DNA from: Candidatus Deferrimicrobiaceae bacterium
GTDB taxonomy: Bacteria; Desulfobacterota; Deferrimicrobia; Deferrimicrobiales; Deferrimicrobiaceae
NCBI GenBank assembly: GCA_963792415.1
Contig: CAWBVY010000008.1
Span: 43,041 to 107,040, forward strand
Direction: 5' to 3'
Length of the DNA stretch: 64,000 nucleotides
Of this stretch, positions 54,336 to 64,000 are shown piece after piece. The number at the start of each line of letters is the position of its first letter. The stretch's first letter is position 1. A model generated the notes under the pieces. The model saw only the letters and a list, made by a program, of their open reading frames with translations. It was not told where the DNA came from and ran no database searches. Both the position numbers and the translations under genes were made by a program.

Positions 54336-54914
54336 ATGAGAAGCCGTCCGCCCGCGATCGATGCGTTGAAGAGCCGCGCACTCCTGTTGCTGGTCGCGGG
54401 TTCCCTCTCCGTTGCGGGGTGCGCACCCCAGAGGGTCGCCTTCACCCAGGGGATCCGGAACCAGTACGACTTGTCAGGAGAGGAATTGAAGAACCTGCAG
54501 TATTACGTCTCCGGCGATATCACCCTCCAGAGGGACTTCCGCCGCGAGGAGGGGGAGATCTCGAAGGGCCACAAACTCGTCGCGAAGGAGGGGGGACTTC
54601 TGGAGGAGGTGCTGATCCCGACCGGTACGCCCGGGATCGCGACGGAGGTCGGCGAAACGTCCCTCTCCGTGAGTTTCGAGCCGGGGTCGTCGCTGATTTT
54701 CGGTTCCCCCCCCACGGACCGGGACCCGGAACGGAAGTACAGGCTGTCCGCGAAGCGGTGGGCCGACTATTACGGGGAGATCGTCTACGACGGCAAGACC
54801 TTCTACGCCGTGGAGGGGAGCGGCCGGGCGTACCTCGAGGTCGGCATGGAGTCCCTCGACGCGGTCGAGAAGAAGAAGAAGGTCCTTCCCGGGATGACCC
54901 TGCCGGGGAAGTAG
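54336..54914 (+). CDS. Hypothetical lipoprotein
   Basis: VAGC lipobox; RBS GGAGG; host-like codon usage. Confidence 0.65.
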   Translation: MRSRPPAIDALKSRALLLLVAGSLSVAGCAPQRVAFTQGIRNQYDLSGEELKNLQYYVSGDITLQRDFRREEGEISKGHKLVAKEGGLLEEVLIPTGTPGIATEVGETSLSVSFEPGSSLIFGSPPTDRDPERKYRLSAKRWADYYGEIVYDGKTFYAVEGSGRAYLEVGMESLDAVEKKKKVLPGMTLPGK

Positions 54915-54942
54915 GAGCGCTGCCGGGGAACCTGCAGGCCGG

Positions 54943-55941
54943 TCAATTTCCCGGCGATGAACCTTGCGGCGGGCCGGTTTCGACTTTCGTCCAGGTCGGG
55001 CCGGGGTCGTACCGCTTCATCGCCTTGGCTGCCTTTTCCGTCCCCTTGCCGAGGTCCTTCTGGTACACGGCGCCTTCCTGGTTCACGAGGAAGGTCATGA
55101 TGCCGGAAGATCCATACCGCGCGGGCCAGGCGACCAGCGCGAATCCGAGGATCATCTTCCCCTTCACGACGTAGTCGTACGCCCCTCCGGTCGTATGCTT
55201 CCCCTGGGCCTTCAGGATCCTGAAGTAGTAGCCGTAATAAGGGGACGGTTTATCCGTTTTCCCCTTCCGCTCGTACCCCTCTTGAGCGGCCCTGGCGGCG
55301 AAAGGTCCGAAGGGACTCTGTACCTCGCCCTCCCCGGCTTTCCAGTAGAGCCCGTCCTTCTTCCCGGGAGTGCTTGCGAATTTCTGCGCGTAGGAATACG
55401 CGCCGTCGCCGTCCCAGTCCTTTCTGACGTATTCCCGTTGCGCGTCGACGTACGTCCGGAGGACGTCGATCGTCTGCAACTCGTTCCTGCCGATGCGGCG
55501 GTTCAGGATCTCTTCCTTGCCGGCCGCCGTATCGTAGGACCAGGCCGACCCTTTCCTCACGATGGGGATCGGGAGCGGCCAGTCGTCCTTTCCCACCTGG
55601 AGGATCGCCTTGTCGTCGCCTTTCCTCTCGATGGAGTTCTTTTCCCCGAAGTCCTTCAGGAACCGCTCCCGCTCTGCCTTGTCCCTCACCGCGTCTCCGG
55701 AGGAGAGCACGGATTCCGAACCCGGCCCGAAGATGGCCGACAGTTGCGCCTTGTCGCCGCTTTTCATTGCGTCGACCAACGCCGTCACCGCCTCCTCGGG
55801 CGATGCGAAGGTTTTCGGTTTTGCCTTCGCCGTCGCCGCCGCCGAATCCGTGGCGGAAAGAGCGGTCGCAACTGCAAAGGCCAGCGCGAGGATCAGCGGG
55901 AGGAGCAGGGTTTTCTTCGAACGGGTTCTCGGTGATTTCAT
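54943..55941 (-). CDS. DUF2950 family protein
   Basis: FASPEEA, WPLPIP, EILNRRIGRNEL, GLYW, PYYGY, YGSSGIMTF. Confidence 0.85.
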   Translation of the reverse strand: MKSPRTRSKKTLLLPLILALAFAVATALSATDSAAATAKAKPKTFASPEEAVTALVDAMKSGDKAQLSAIFGPGSESVLSSGDAVRDKAERERFLKDFGEKNSIERKGDDKAILQVGKDDWPLPIPIVRKGSAWSYDTAAGKEEILNRRIGRNELQTIDVLRTYVDAQREYVRKDWDGDGAYSYAQKFASTPGKKDGLYWKAGEGEVQSPFGPFAARAAQEGYERKGKTDKPSPYYGYYFRILKAQGKHTTGGAYDYVVKGKMILGFALVAWPARYGSSGIMTFLVNQEGAVYQKDLGKGTEKAAKAMKRYDPGPTWTKVETGPPQGSSPGN

Positions 55942-55998
55942 CGTTCCTACCTCCGGGTAGTGTCGCGGCACGGGATTCGACTTCCGGTTCCCGTCATC

Positions 55999-57183
55999 CT
56001 ACCGGCGGCCTCCGCCGCGGCCGCCGCCTCCACCGCGGCCGCCGCCACCGCCTCCACCGCGGCCGCCGCCCATGCCGCCTCCGCTGTTGCGGCTCGCGCT
56101 ACCGCGATCGCTCGCGGCCCGTGCCTGGCTGCCGCTGCCCCCGCCGCTGAAGGCGTTGTCACGCCCGGCCCCGCCCGCGCCTGCGCCGTCGGGCCGTCCG
56201 GTTCCGCCTTGCGCGCCCCGGTCAAGGCTTCCCGCCTGCGCGGTTGACCCACCACGATCGCCGTACCCGCGCGCCTCGTTGCTGGACGGGGTCTGCCGCC
56301 CGCTCCCCTGGCCGTACTGCTTCGCCGTGGCGCTGTCCCTGTAGGACACGCCCTGCCGGTGGCTCGGGTCGTGCTGCCATTTTCCGGAACCGGACTGGCC
56401 GCCCCGCCCCGGTTGCTGTTGCGCGTATTTCCCCCGGTCGATGTTATTGTTGATGTTAATGTTCTGGTTATGGTTGATGGTCACGTCCCCCCCGTGATAG
56501 TTGCAATGCCCCCACGCGTACCCCCACGCAACTCCGATTGCGACCGCGCCCACGGCATACCCGGGAGGGTAGACGGGATACGGCGGGTACGCGGGGTACG
56601 CCCACACGCCGTACACCACGGTGGGATTGTACGACGGTACGTAGATGACCTCCGGAGTGGCCTGCTCGATGAGGATGACCTGCGGATTCTGCTCGACCAC
56701 CACCTTCTGCTCCTTCGTCGTCTTCAGGTTGCCCGCCTCGAGCGCCTTCGCCCGGAGCGTCTGGACGGTGTCCAGCACCTCCTTCTGCTGGGCGAGGAAG
56801 GCGTCCCCCAGTTTCTGGGTCCAGTCCAGCTTGTCGCTCATCATCTGGAGGACCTGGGGGAAGTTCACCAGCGACTTGACGCTCGGGTCCCACTCCTGCT
56901 TTTCGAGGGCCGCGGTGAGGCGATCGCCCTTGAGATCCTTGTTCGCCTTCACCCAGTTGTCGGCCTTCGCCACCTCCAGGGGATAGGTGGAGGCCATCAG
57001 GATCTGGGTCAGCAGGGAGTCCGGGTACAGCGCGATCGGGGCGAGGAGCTGGTCCAGCTGCTCCTGGGGGAACGCCTTGGACGTCGCTTCCCCGGGGCTT
57101 TGGGCGAGGACTCCTCCCGGCAGGACGAGCATGGCGGCCAGCAGGACGCTCCACAGTTTCCGGGACCATCTCTTGTCGTTCAT
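55999..57183 (-). CDS. DUF3300 family protein with RGG-rich tail
   Basis: LDQLLAPIALYPD.LL.QILMASTYP, WDPSVKSL, IYVPSYNP. Confidence 0.88.
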   Translation of the reverse strand: MNDKRWSRKLWSVLLAAMLVLPGGVLAQSPGEATSKAFPQEQLDQLLAPIALYPDSLLTQILMASTYPLEVAKADNWVKANKDLKGDRLTAALEKQEWDPSVKSLVNFPQVLQMMSDKLDWTQKLGDAFLAQQKEVLDTVQTLRAKALEAGNLKTTKEQKVVVEQNPQVILIEQATPEVIYVPSYNPTVVYGVWAYPAYPPYPVYPPGYAVGAVAIGVAWGYAWGHCNYHGGDVTINHNQNININNNIDRGKYAQQQPGRGGQSGSGKWQHDPSHRQGVSYRDSATAKQYGQGSGRQTPSSNEARGYGDRGGSTAQAGSLDRGAQGGTGRPDGAGAGGAGRDNAFSGGGSGSQARAASDRGSASRNSGGGMGGGRGGGGGGGRGGGGGRGGGRR

Positions 57184-57439
57184 GGTACCTCCTGCGGTTC
57201 CGGGAAGTCGGGACCACGGCAAGCGCCGTGCGGTCGGTATTCCGGTTCCATATATGGTACTTCCGATTCCCGGATATTCAAGGATTGGCATCGAATTCAT
57301 TTTATATGTTTTCCTTTACTTCGCCATGACGAAATGGAATAATCGAGTCCTGCCGAAAGGTACGGATTGGCTCCACCCGGGCGAATCGTTCCTGCGCTGG
57401 AACCCATCAAACAACATATTATTAAGGAGGAGGAATTTC

Positions 57440-58033
57440 ATGCGGAAAACCGGATTTGCGTTGCTTGCGGGGCTGTTGGTCCTTTCGATCGCGGCGGTAG
57501 GGTTTGCCGCGGAACCGGCGGCGAAGAAAGCGGAACCGCCTTCCTGGAAGACGTCTTCGCTGGTCGAGGAGACGGCCACGGTCGAGGCGGTCGACCAGGC
57601 GACCCGGATGATCACGCTGAAGGGACCGAAGGGGGATTCGGTCACGTTCAAGGCCTCGGATGAAGTGAGGAACCTGGCGCAGGTCCACGTGGGCGACCAG
57701 GTGAAGTTCGCCTATTACGAATCCCTCGCGGTGCGCGTTCTGAAAAAGGGGGAGGCTTTCCCCAAGGCGGGCGAGAGTGCGGCGATGGCCCGCGCGAAAC
57801 AGGGTGAGAAGCCGGCGGGAGTCGTCGGGACCGAGACGAGCGTGAACGTGACGCTCATGGCCGTCGACAAGAAGGCGAATACCGTGACCCTGAAGGGGGA
57901 GGACGGGAAGTTGGTGACGGTGACACCGCTGGACATGAAGAACCTCGACAAGGTCAAGATTGGGGACCGCGCGGTGATCACGTACACGGAAGCGGTCGCG
58001 GTGAAGGTGGAGCCGGCGGCAAAGATGAAATAG
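57440..58033 (+). CDS. Secreted hypothetical protein with two repeated beta modules
   Basis: RBS AGGAGG, signal peptide; repeats ATVEAVD..ITLKG..VGD / VTLMAVD..VTLKG..IGD. Confidence 0.75.
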   Translation: MRKTGFALLAGLLVLSIAAVGFAAEPAAKKAEPPSWKTSSLVEETATVEAVDQATRMITLKGPKGDSVTFKASDEVRNLAQVHVGDQVKFAYYESLAVRVLKKGEAFPKAGESAAMARAKQGEKPAGVVGTETSVNVTLMAVDKKANTVTLKGEDGKLVTVTPLDMKNLDKVKIGDRAVITYTEAVAVKVEPAAKMK

Positions 58034-58088
58034 CCCCGGGTATCCGCGGCGGCCCGATCGCCTCCCCGGATTCCCCCGCCAGAACTCG

Positions 58089-58127
58089 AAGGGGTGCGGC
58101 CCTGACGGTCCGCACCCCTTGCTTTTT
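58089..58127 (+). terminator. Rho-independent terminator
   Basis: AAGGGGTGCGG..CCGCACCCCTT followed by GCTTTTT. Confidence 0.6.
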
Positions 58128-58166
58128 CCTCTCCACTCCGCCGGTTGCGTCGAATAGAATACCCGC

Positions 58167-58841
58167 ATGAGGCCTTACTCCGCGGACGTCGTCGCCTGTC
58201 CCGACTGCGATCTGCTGCAGCGCATCCCTTCGCTTCCCCCCGGCGGGACAGCCTGTTGCCCGCGATGCGGCCGGAAGCTTGCGACCTTCAGACCGGGATC
58301 CCTCGAACGCACGACGGCGCTGGCGGTCGCCGCGGCCATCGCGTTCCTTCTCGCCAACGTGGAGCCGCTGATGGGGCTGTCGATCGCCGGGCGGGAGTCC
58401 AGCACGACGATCTTCGGCGGCGTATGGCAGATGTGGGTGCAGGGGGAAAGGATCACGGCCCTGCTCATCGCGCTCTTCGCGGTGGTCGCACCGGCCCTCC
58501 AGATCGGGTTCCTGCTCGCGATCCTGCTTTCCGTGCGGCGGCCGCCGGCGCCCCGCTGGGTCGGCACGCTGCTGCGCTGGGTGGAGATCGCCGGGTCCTG
58601 GTCGATGGTAGAGGTGATGATGCTGGGCGTCCTGGTCTCGCTGGTCAAGATTGCATCGCTGGCGAGGGTGATGCCCGGAATCGGGATCTTCGCGGCCGGG
58701 GCGCTCGTGCTGCTGCTCGCGGCGATGTCGTCCAGCTTCGATCCACGGGAGGCCTGGTCCCGGGTCCGGTGGCGGGACGGTGGTTGGCCGCAGCGGATTC
58801 CGCCTTCCGGAGGTGTGGACGCGGTGGAGGCGGGGCGATGA
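58167..58841 (+). CDS. pqiA: PqiA-family protein, first half
   Basis: CPDCD, CPRCG, WSMVEV..LG.LVSLVK. Confidence 0.88.
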   Translation: MRPYSADVVACPDCDLLQRIPSLPPGGTACCPRCGRKLATFRPGSLERTTALAVAAAIAFLLANVEPLMGLSIAGRESSTTIFGGVWQMWVQGERITALLIALFAVVAPALQIGFLLAILLSVRRPPAPRWVGTLLRWVEIAGSWSMVEVMMLGVLVSLVKIASLARVMPGIGIFAAGALVLLLAAMSSSFDPREAWSRVRWRDGGWPQRIPPSGGVDAVEAGR

Positions 58842-59479
58842 CCACTGTCGCGCGGACCGGCCTGAGCGAGGGGTTCGTCTCCTGCGAGGCGTGCGGCCTC
58901 CTCTGCCGGCCTGCCGGCGCGGAGGAACCGGGGGAGTGCCCGCGGTGCGGCGAGGAGCTCGAATTTCGCCGGAGGGATGCGATCCAGCGGACGTGGGCGC
59001 TGATCGTCGCCGCCGCGATCTGCTACCTGCCGGCCAACCTCTTCCCGGTCATGATAACGACCACGCTGACGTCCGAACAGGCCGACACCATCATCAGCGG
59101 CGTCGTCTATTTCTTCATGTCGGGATCGTGGCACCTGGGGCTGATCCTGCTGATCGCCAGCGTGGTGATCCCGCTGGCGAAGCTGGCGGCTCTCGGGTAC
59201 CTGTCGATCACGGTGCAGCGCGGCTCGATCCGGAACCACCGCGAACGGATTCGGCTGTATCGGCTATTGGAGGCCATCGGCCGATGGTCGATGCTCGACG
59301 TGTTCGTCGCCCTGTTCGTCGTCGCCCTCATCCGGCTCCAGCCCCTCATGGTGGTGGCGCCCGGCCCGGGGGTGCTCTTCTTCGCCGCGGTGGTCATATT
59401 GACGATCTTCGCGGCCGAATCGTTCGACCCTCGCCTGATCTGGGATTCCACCAGGGGAAAACGGGAGCCAAATGACTGA
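58838..59479 (+). CDS. pqiA: PqiA-family protein, second half
   Basis: CEACG, CPRCG, YLPANL.P, GRWSMLDVFV, FDPRLIWD. Confidence 0.88.
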   Translation: MTTVARTGLSEGFVSCEACGLLCRPAGAEEPGECPRCGEELEFRRRDAIQRTWALIVAAAICYLPANLFPVMITTTLTSEQADTIISGVVYFFMSGSWHLGLILLIASVVIPLAKLAALGYLSITVQRGSIRNHRERIRLYRLLEAIGRWSMLDVFVALFVVALIRLQPLMVVAPGPGVLFFAAVVILTIFAAESFDPRLIWDSTRGKREPND

Positions 59480-61136
59480 ACCCAAGGATTTTACCGACGT
59501 TCCCGAGGCTGTGACCGTTCCCGGGAAGCGCACGCGGTTCCCGGTCGTCTGGATCGTCCCGATCGTCGCCGCGCTGGTCGGCGTCGGGATCGTCGTCCAG
59601 CGGTACCTGAACGAAGGCCCGACGATCACGGTCGCCTTCCGGACGGCCGAGGGGCTCGAGCCCGGAAAGACCACGATAAAGTACAAGGACGTAGACATCG
59701 GGAAGGTGACGCAGGTGGCCCTTTCGAAGGACTACTCCAAGGTCATCGTCACGGCGAAGATGGAAAAGAACGCGGGGGGCCTGCTGGTCCAGGACAGCCG
59801 GTTCTGGGTCGTGAAGCCCCGCATCTCGTTGAGCGGGGTGTCCGGGATCGGCACCCTGATCTCCGGGAACTACATCGGGATCGAGCCCGGGAAGTCCCGG
59901 AAATCGCAAAGCGACTTCGTCGGACTGGAAGTGCCTCCCCCCATCACGGGTGGCATGCCGGGACGCGAATTCATCCTGCGGTCTGAATCCCTCGGTTCGC
60001 TGGGGATCGGTTCGCCGGTATACTACCGCCGCCTGATGGTGGGGGAGGTCATCGGCTACGGCCTGGCGCCGGAAGGAAAGTCCATGAACATCAAGGTCTT
60101 CCTGAACGCCCCCTACGACCGGTACGTCACGTCGAATACTCGATTCTGGGAGTCCAGCGGCGTCCGCGCTTCGGTGGGGGCCACCGGGATTTCCGTCCAG
60201 ACGGAGTCGATCGTCTCCCTCCTCGTGGGGGGGGTTCTCTTCGAGACGCCACCCTCCGAGCCGGCGGGCGAACCGGCCCCCGAGAAATCGGTATTTACCC
60301 TGTTCGACAACCGGGAAGCCGCGATGGCGCCGCTGGTGTCCGAGTCCGAGCGGTATGCCCTCTATTTCAGCGAGTCGCTGCAGGGAGTGTCGGTCGGCGC
60401 CCCCGTCACCATGCTCGGGTTGCCGGTCGGCGAAGTCACGATGGTCGGCCTCGATTACGTCGCGGGGGCGCAGGGCATCCGTACCCGCGTCGAGGTCAGG
60501 ACTTTCCAGTACCGCCTGCTCCGGTTCCTGGGGAAAACCGATGTTGCCATGGTGAAGACGATGTCCCGGGAGAACCGTCAGAAAATCATGCAGCAGCTCG
60601 TGGAGGAGAAGGGGTTGCGTGCGCAATTGCGCAGCGCCAGCCTCATCAGCGGGCAGCGGTACGTCGCCCTTGAATATTTCCCGGACGCGCCGGCAGCGAG
60701 GATCGACTGGGCGAAGGAACCTCCGGAATTCCCGGTCGTTCCGGGAAAGCTGGAGAACATCGAACTCCAGATAAAGAGCATTCTCGCGAAGCTCGACACG
60801 GTCCCGGAAGAGATCGGCAACGACCTGAAGAAGACCCTCGACACGCTCGACCAGACGCTTAAGAGCGCGGATCGGGCGTTGGTCCGCGTCGACGCGGAGA
60901 CCCTCCCCGAAGCGAAGAAGGCGCTGCAGGACCTGGGGCGGGCGGCCACCGCCGCCGAGCGCGTGCTCGCGAGCACGGACAATACCCTTCTGGGGCCCGA
61001 CGCCCCGGCGCAGCAGGAGCTGCGCGACGCATTGAAGGAGATCGCGGGCGCCGCCCGGGGGATTCGCATGCTGGCCGACTATCTCGAGCGGAACCCCGAA
61101 ACGCTCCTCCGCGGGAAAAACAAGGAGAACCCCTGA
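59472..61136 (+). CDS. pqiB: PqiB / MCE-domain intermembrane transport protein
   Basis: VWIVPIVA, GLEPGKT.IKYK, FWVVKPRI, GSPVYYR, GLRAQL. Confidence 0.92.
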   Translation: MTEPKDFTDVPEAVTVPGKRTRFPVVWIVPIVAALVGVGIVVQRYLNEGPTITVAFRTAEGLEPGKTTIKYKDVDIGKVTQVALSKDYSKVIVTAKMEKNAGGLLVQDSRFWVVKPRISLSGVSGIGTLISGNYIGIEPGKSRKSQSDFVGLEVPPPITGGMPGREFILRSESLGSLGIGSPVYYRRLMVGEVIGYGLAPEGKSMNIKVFLNAPYDRYVTSNTRFWESSGVRASVGATGISVQTESIVSLLVGGVLFETPPSEPAGEPAPEKSVFTLFDNREAAMAPLVSESERYALYFSESLQGVSVGAPVTMLGLPVGEVTMVGLDYVAGAQGIRTRVEVRTFQYRLLRFLGKTDVAMVKTMSRENRQKIMQQLVEEKGLRAQLRSASLISGQRYVALEYFPDAPAARIDWAKEPPEFPVVPGKLENIELQIKSILAKLDTVPEEIGNDLKKTLDTLDQTLKSADRALVRVDAETLPEAKKALQDLGRAATAAERVLASTDNTLLGPDAPAQQELRDALKEIAGAARGIRMLADYLERNPETLLRGKNKENP

Positions 61137-61720
61137 TGCGCCGACTCGCTCCCTGCGTCCTTCTGTTCGCTCTCGTGGTCGGGACCGGGTGCGCCTCGCC
61201 CCGGTCGAATTTCTACACGCTGAACTCCGCGGCGATGCCCGTGACGACGGGGGCGGCCTACTCCGTCGCGGTCGGTCCCGTGTCCGTGCCCGCGGCGGTG
61301 GACCGCCCGCAGATCGTGGTGCGGCTCGCGCCGAACCAGGTCGCCATCGACGAGTTCCACCGGTGGGCGTCCCCGTTGCCGGACGCCATCTCCCGGGTCG
61401 TCGCGGAGAATCTCGCCGCGATGCTCGGCACGCCCCACGTCACCGTGTTCACCCGGCCGACGGCGGCCGGCGCGCAATACCGCGTCCTGGTCGACGTGCT
61501 CCGCTTCGAATCCGCGCCCGGCGAGGCGGCCTCCCTGGACGCCGTCTGGACGGTGCGTAGCACGAAGGACGGGTCGACGCGTTCGGGGCGGACCACGGCG
61601 AGCGAACCGGTTCCGGACCGGGAGTACGCCACCCTGGCCGCCGCCCACAGCCGGGCGCTGGGCCGGTTGAGCGGGGACCTCGCCGGGGCGATCCAGGCGT
61701 TGGCACAGGCGGGGGGGTAA
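61136..61720 (+). CDS. pqiC: PqiC-family lipoprotein
   Basis: GTGC lipobox, VGPV.VP..DRPQIV, RWASPL. Confidence 0.88.
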   Translation: MRRLAPCVLLFALVVGTGCASPRSNFYTLNSAAMPVTTGAAYSVAVGPVSVPAAVDRPQIVVRLAPNQVAIDEFHRWASPLPDAISRVVAENLAAMLGTPHVTVFTRPTAAGAQYRVLVDVLRFESAPGEAASLDAVWTVRSTKDGSTRSGRTTASEPVPDREYATLAAAHSRALGRLSGDLAGAIQALAQAGG

Positions 61721-61803
61721 CCCTCAAACCCTCACCGGGGGCTATCGCCGCACCCCTGAAACGCGATATTCTGTCCGTATACACGCCTCACGGGAGGTGG
61801 AAG

Positions 61804-62112
61804 ATGCGGCAACGGGTTCTTCTCGCAGGCATCGCGGTGGTCTTCGGCGTTCTCTTCATGGCGGCATTCGACGCCCGGGCACAGGACCAGGGGTTCCCGG
61901 TCGCGCTGCAGGCCGGGGAAACGTTCGACGCATGCGCCTCCGGCCAGATCGTCTGCCCCGCGAGGGCACCCATCTGCGACGACCCGAAGGTCGCCGTCCC
62001 GGCGGACGTGAACGGGGGACTGGGGTTCAAGGGCGTCGGTCCCGGGGAGACCCTCTGCTCGGCGGCCTCCTCGGTAGGGCCGCGCCGCCTCTTCCGCATC
62101 ACCGTGCGCTGA
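61804..62112 (+). CDS. Small secreted protein with four Cys
   Basis: RBS GGAGG, signal peptide ending ARA, C..C..C..C. Confidence 0.6.
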   Translation: MRQRVLLAGIAVVFGVLFMAAFDARAQDQGFPVALQAGETFDACASGQIVCPARAPICDDPKVAVPADVNGGLGFKGVGPGETLCSAASSVGPRRLFRITVR

Positions 62113-63907
62113 ATTCGATCGCCTCGAGCTCCTTCAGCGCCGCTTCCAGGGATTCCCAGCGGCGGTACGCCTCCTCGATCCCGGCCTGTACCGCTTCCAG
62201 GCGGGCCCGGCCTTGCGCGATGCGTGCCCCGTCCTGCCGGTAGAATGCCGGGTCGGCCATGGAGCGTTGCAGTTCGTCCCGCTCCGTCTCGAGGGCCGAT
62301 ATTTCCGTCTCCGCCTCCCGGATCCGCCCCGGCAGTTCTGAAAGCTCCCGCCGCTCCCTGAAGCGCAACTTGCGCGGTCCTTCGCGCTTGGGAGGCGGTT
62401 TTTCCCGCGGAGGAGGGGTCGTTCCCGTTCCCGGAGAAATGTCTTCCCCCCGTTGCCTCAACCAGTCGTCGTACCCCCCGGCGTATTCACCCACCGTCCC
62501 GTCCGCGGCGATCACCAGGGTGCTGGTCACCACGTTGTTCAGGAACGCCCGGTCGTGGCTCACGAGGAGGAGGGTGCCCGCATACTCCAGGAGGAGGTCT
62601 TCCAGCAGGTCCAGGGTCTCGATGTCCAGGTCGTTCGTCGGCTCGTCGAGGACCAGGAGGTTGAACGGTTTCGTGAAGAGCTTCGCCAGCTGCAGGCGGT
62701 TCCGTTCCCCACCGGAGAGGACCCGCACGGGGCTTCTCGCCCGGTCGGGGGAGAAGAGGACGTCCTGGAGGTACCCGATCACGTGCTGCGGCCGGCCGTT
62801 GACGGTGACGGTGTCGCTCCCGTCCCCGACGTTCTCCGCCACGGACTTTTCCTCGTCGAGGTCCTCGCGGAGCTGGTCGGAATACGCGACGGTCAGGCGG
62901 GTCCCGAGCCGCACCGTGCCGCTGCGCGGCGGCAACTCTCCCAGGAGGACCCGCAGCAGGGTCGTCTTCCCCGACCCGTTCGGCCCGATGACCCCCACCC
63001 GGTCGCCCCGGAGGATCGTGGTCGAGAAATCGCGGACGACGGGACGGTCGCCGTAGCCGACCTCGACCCCCCGGGCCTCGACGACGAGCCTGCCGGAGGG
63101 AACGGCGCGTTGCGCCTCCATGCGCACCGTGCCCGCCTGCTCCCGCCGCGCCCGCCGTTCCTCGCGCATCCTTTCCAGCGCGCGCACCCGCCCCTCGTTC
63201 CGGGTGCCCCGCGCCTTGACGCCCCGGCGGATCCACGTCTCCTCCTCCGCGAGCCTCTTGTCGAAACGCGACCGCTGCGCGCTTTCGGCCGCAAGGTCCG
63301 CCTCCCGGCGCTCGAGGTACGTGTCGTACCCGCACGCCCAGTCCCGGAGTCTCCCGCGATCGAGCTCCACGATCCGCGTCGCCAGTTTCCGCAGGAACAT
63401 CCGGTCGTGCGTGACGAAGAGAAGCGTCCGCGCCTCCCGGAGCAGAAAGTTCTCGAGCCATGCGATTCCGTCGATGTCCAGGTGGTTGGTGGGCTCGTCG
63501 AGGAGGAGGATGTCCGAATCCCGGGCGAGCGCCCGGGCGATCAGCGCACGGCGCTGCATCCCCCCCGAAAGGGTCCCGAAGTCGGCGCCCGGCGAAAGCC
63601 CCAGGCGGGAGATCGCCTTCTCCGCCGCCACCCCGGGACCGCCGGAAACGATTTCACGCACGGTTCCCGAAAGACCGGGAGGAATCTCCTGGGGGACGAG
63701 GGCGACCGTGACCCCCTGCTGCCGGACGATCTCGCCTTCATCCGGCGCGATCTCGCCGTTCACGACTTTCAGCAGGGTCGATTTCCCGGCCCCGTTGCGT
63801 CCCAGGAGGCAGATCCGGTCCCCCCGCTCGACCTGGAGGCTCGCACCCTCGAGCAACGGCGGTCCGCCGAAGGCGACCCGGATGTCCCGCAAGCTCAACA
63901 GCGCCAT
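62099..63907 (-). CDS. uup: ABC-F ATPase Uup
   Basis: Two ABC cassettes (GRNGAGKST, GPNGSGKTT), WIRRGVKAR.TRNEGRVRAL linker, C-terminal coiled coil. Confidence 0.9.
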   Translation of the reverse strand: MALLSLRDIRVAFGGPPLLEGASLQVERGDRICLLGRNGAGKSTLLKVVNGEIAPDEGEIVRQQGVTVALVPQEIPPGLSGTVREIVSGGPGVAAEKAISRLGLSPGADFGTLSGGMQRRALIARALARDSDILLLDEPTNHLDIDGIAWLENFLLREARTLLFVTHDRMFLRKLATRIVELDRGRLRDWACGYDTYLERREADLAAESAQRSRFDKRLAEEETWIRRGVKARGTRNEGRVRALERMREERRARREQAGTVRMEAQRAVPSGRLVVEARGVEVGYGDRPVVRDFSTTILRGDRVGVIGPNGSGKTTLLRVLLGELPPRSGTVRLGTRLTVAYSDQLREDLDEEKSVAENVGDGSDTVTVNGRPQHVIGYLQDVLFSPDRARSPVRVLSGGERNRLQLAKLFTKPFNLLVLDEPTNDLDIETLDLLEDLLLEYAGTLLLVSHDRAFLNNVVTSTLVIAADGTVGEYAGGYDDWLRQRGEDISPGTGTTPPPREKPPPKREGPRKLRFRERRELSELPGRIREAETEISALETERDELQRSMADPAFYRQDGARIAQGRARLEAVQAGIEEAYRRWESLEAALKELEAIEFSAR

Positions 63908-64000
63908 GCAGCGTGCTCCATTTCAGGGTTAGCCCGGCGGTCTCCCCTGCGTGGGTGCAGGAAGAGCGGGCGGCTTCCCGGCATTGTGCCACATTCCCCT

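Noticed and set aside
56005-56075. GC-rich tandem repeat as a CRISPR or VNTR element
   Set aside because: It encodes the Gly/Arg tail of DUF3300; no repeat-spacer structure was seen anywhere in the window

Overview
High-GC bacterial DNA. Gene content (Desulfovibrio/Geobacter-type FdhAB, split-Soret-like cytochrome, sigma-54 regulation) suggests a deltaproteobacterial-type anaerobe; this is inference only. The window has five blocks. (1) 1-20.3 kb: envelope/transport genes (two MscS, membrane-anchored TAXI receptor, AsmA-like plus Omp85-like pair, SYLF protein, a low-GC RelBE-type toxin-antitoxin pair, AI-2E, RND pump). (2) 20.4-30.6 kb: DASS carrier divergent from ackA-pta-zwf-edd-eda-glk. 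(3) 30.6-41 kb: a sigma-54 activator with a readable UAS/IHF/-24/-12 promoter, followed by an ABM-fold protein, a Tat-exported diheme cytochrome with an in-frame UGA and SECIS-like hairpin, selenocysteine formate dehydrogenase alpha, Fe-S beta, FdhE and CoA-disulfide reductase-rhodanese. (4) 41.3-49.2 kb: GH63-GH13-glucose dehydrogenase-GH15-aquaporin cluster. (5) 49.2-64 kb: lipoproteins, a tRNA 3'-end remnant, YeiH, K+ channel, DUF3300/DUF2950, pqiAABC and uup. The best candidate for an undescribed system is block 3, a two-selenoprotein periplasmic formate oxidation module with no membrane cytochrome b subunit. The ORF track misses the selenocytochrome because it is split by the UGA and three frameshifts. 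Many genes carry frameshifts that resolve by removing one base, which points to sequencing/assembly insertion errors rather than pseudogenes. All product calls come from motif recognition by eye, not database searches.
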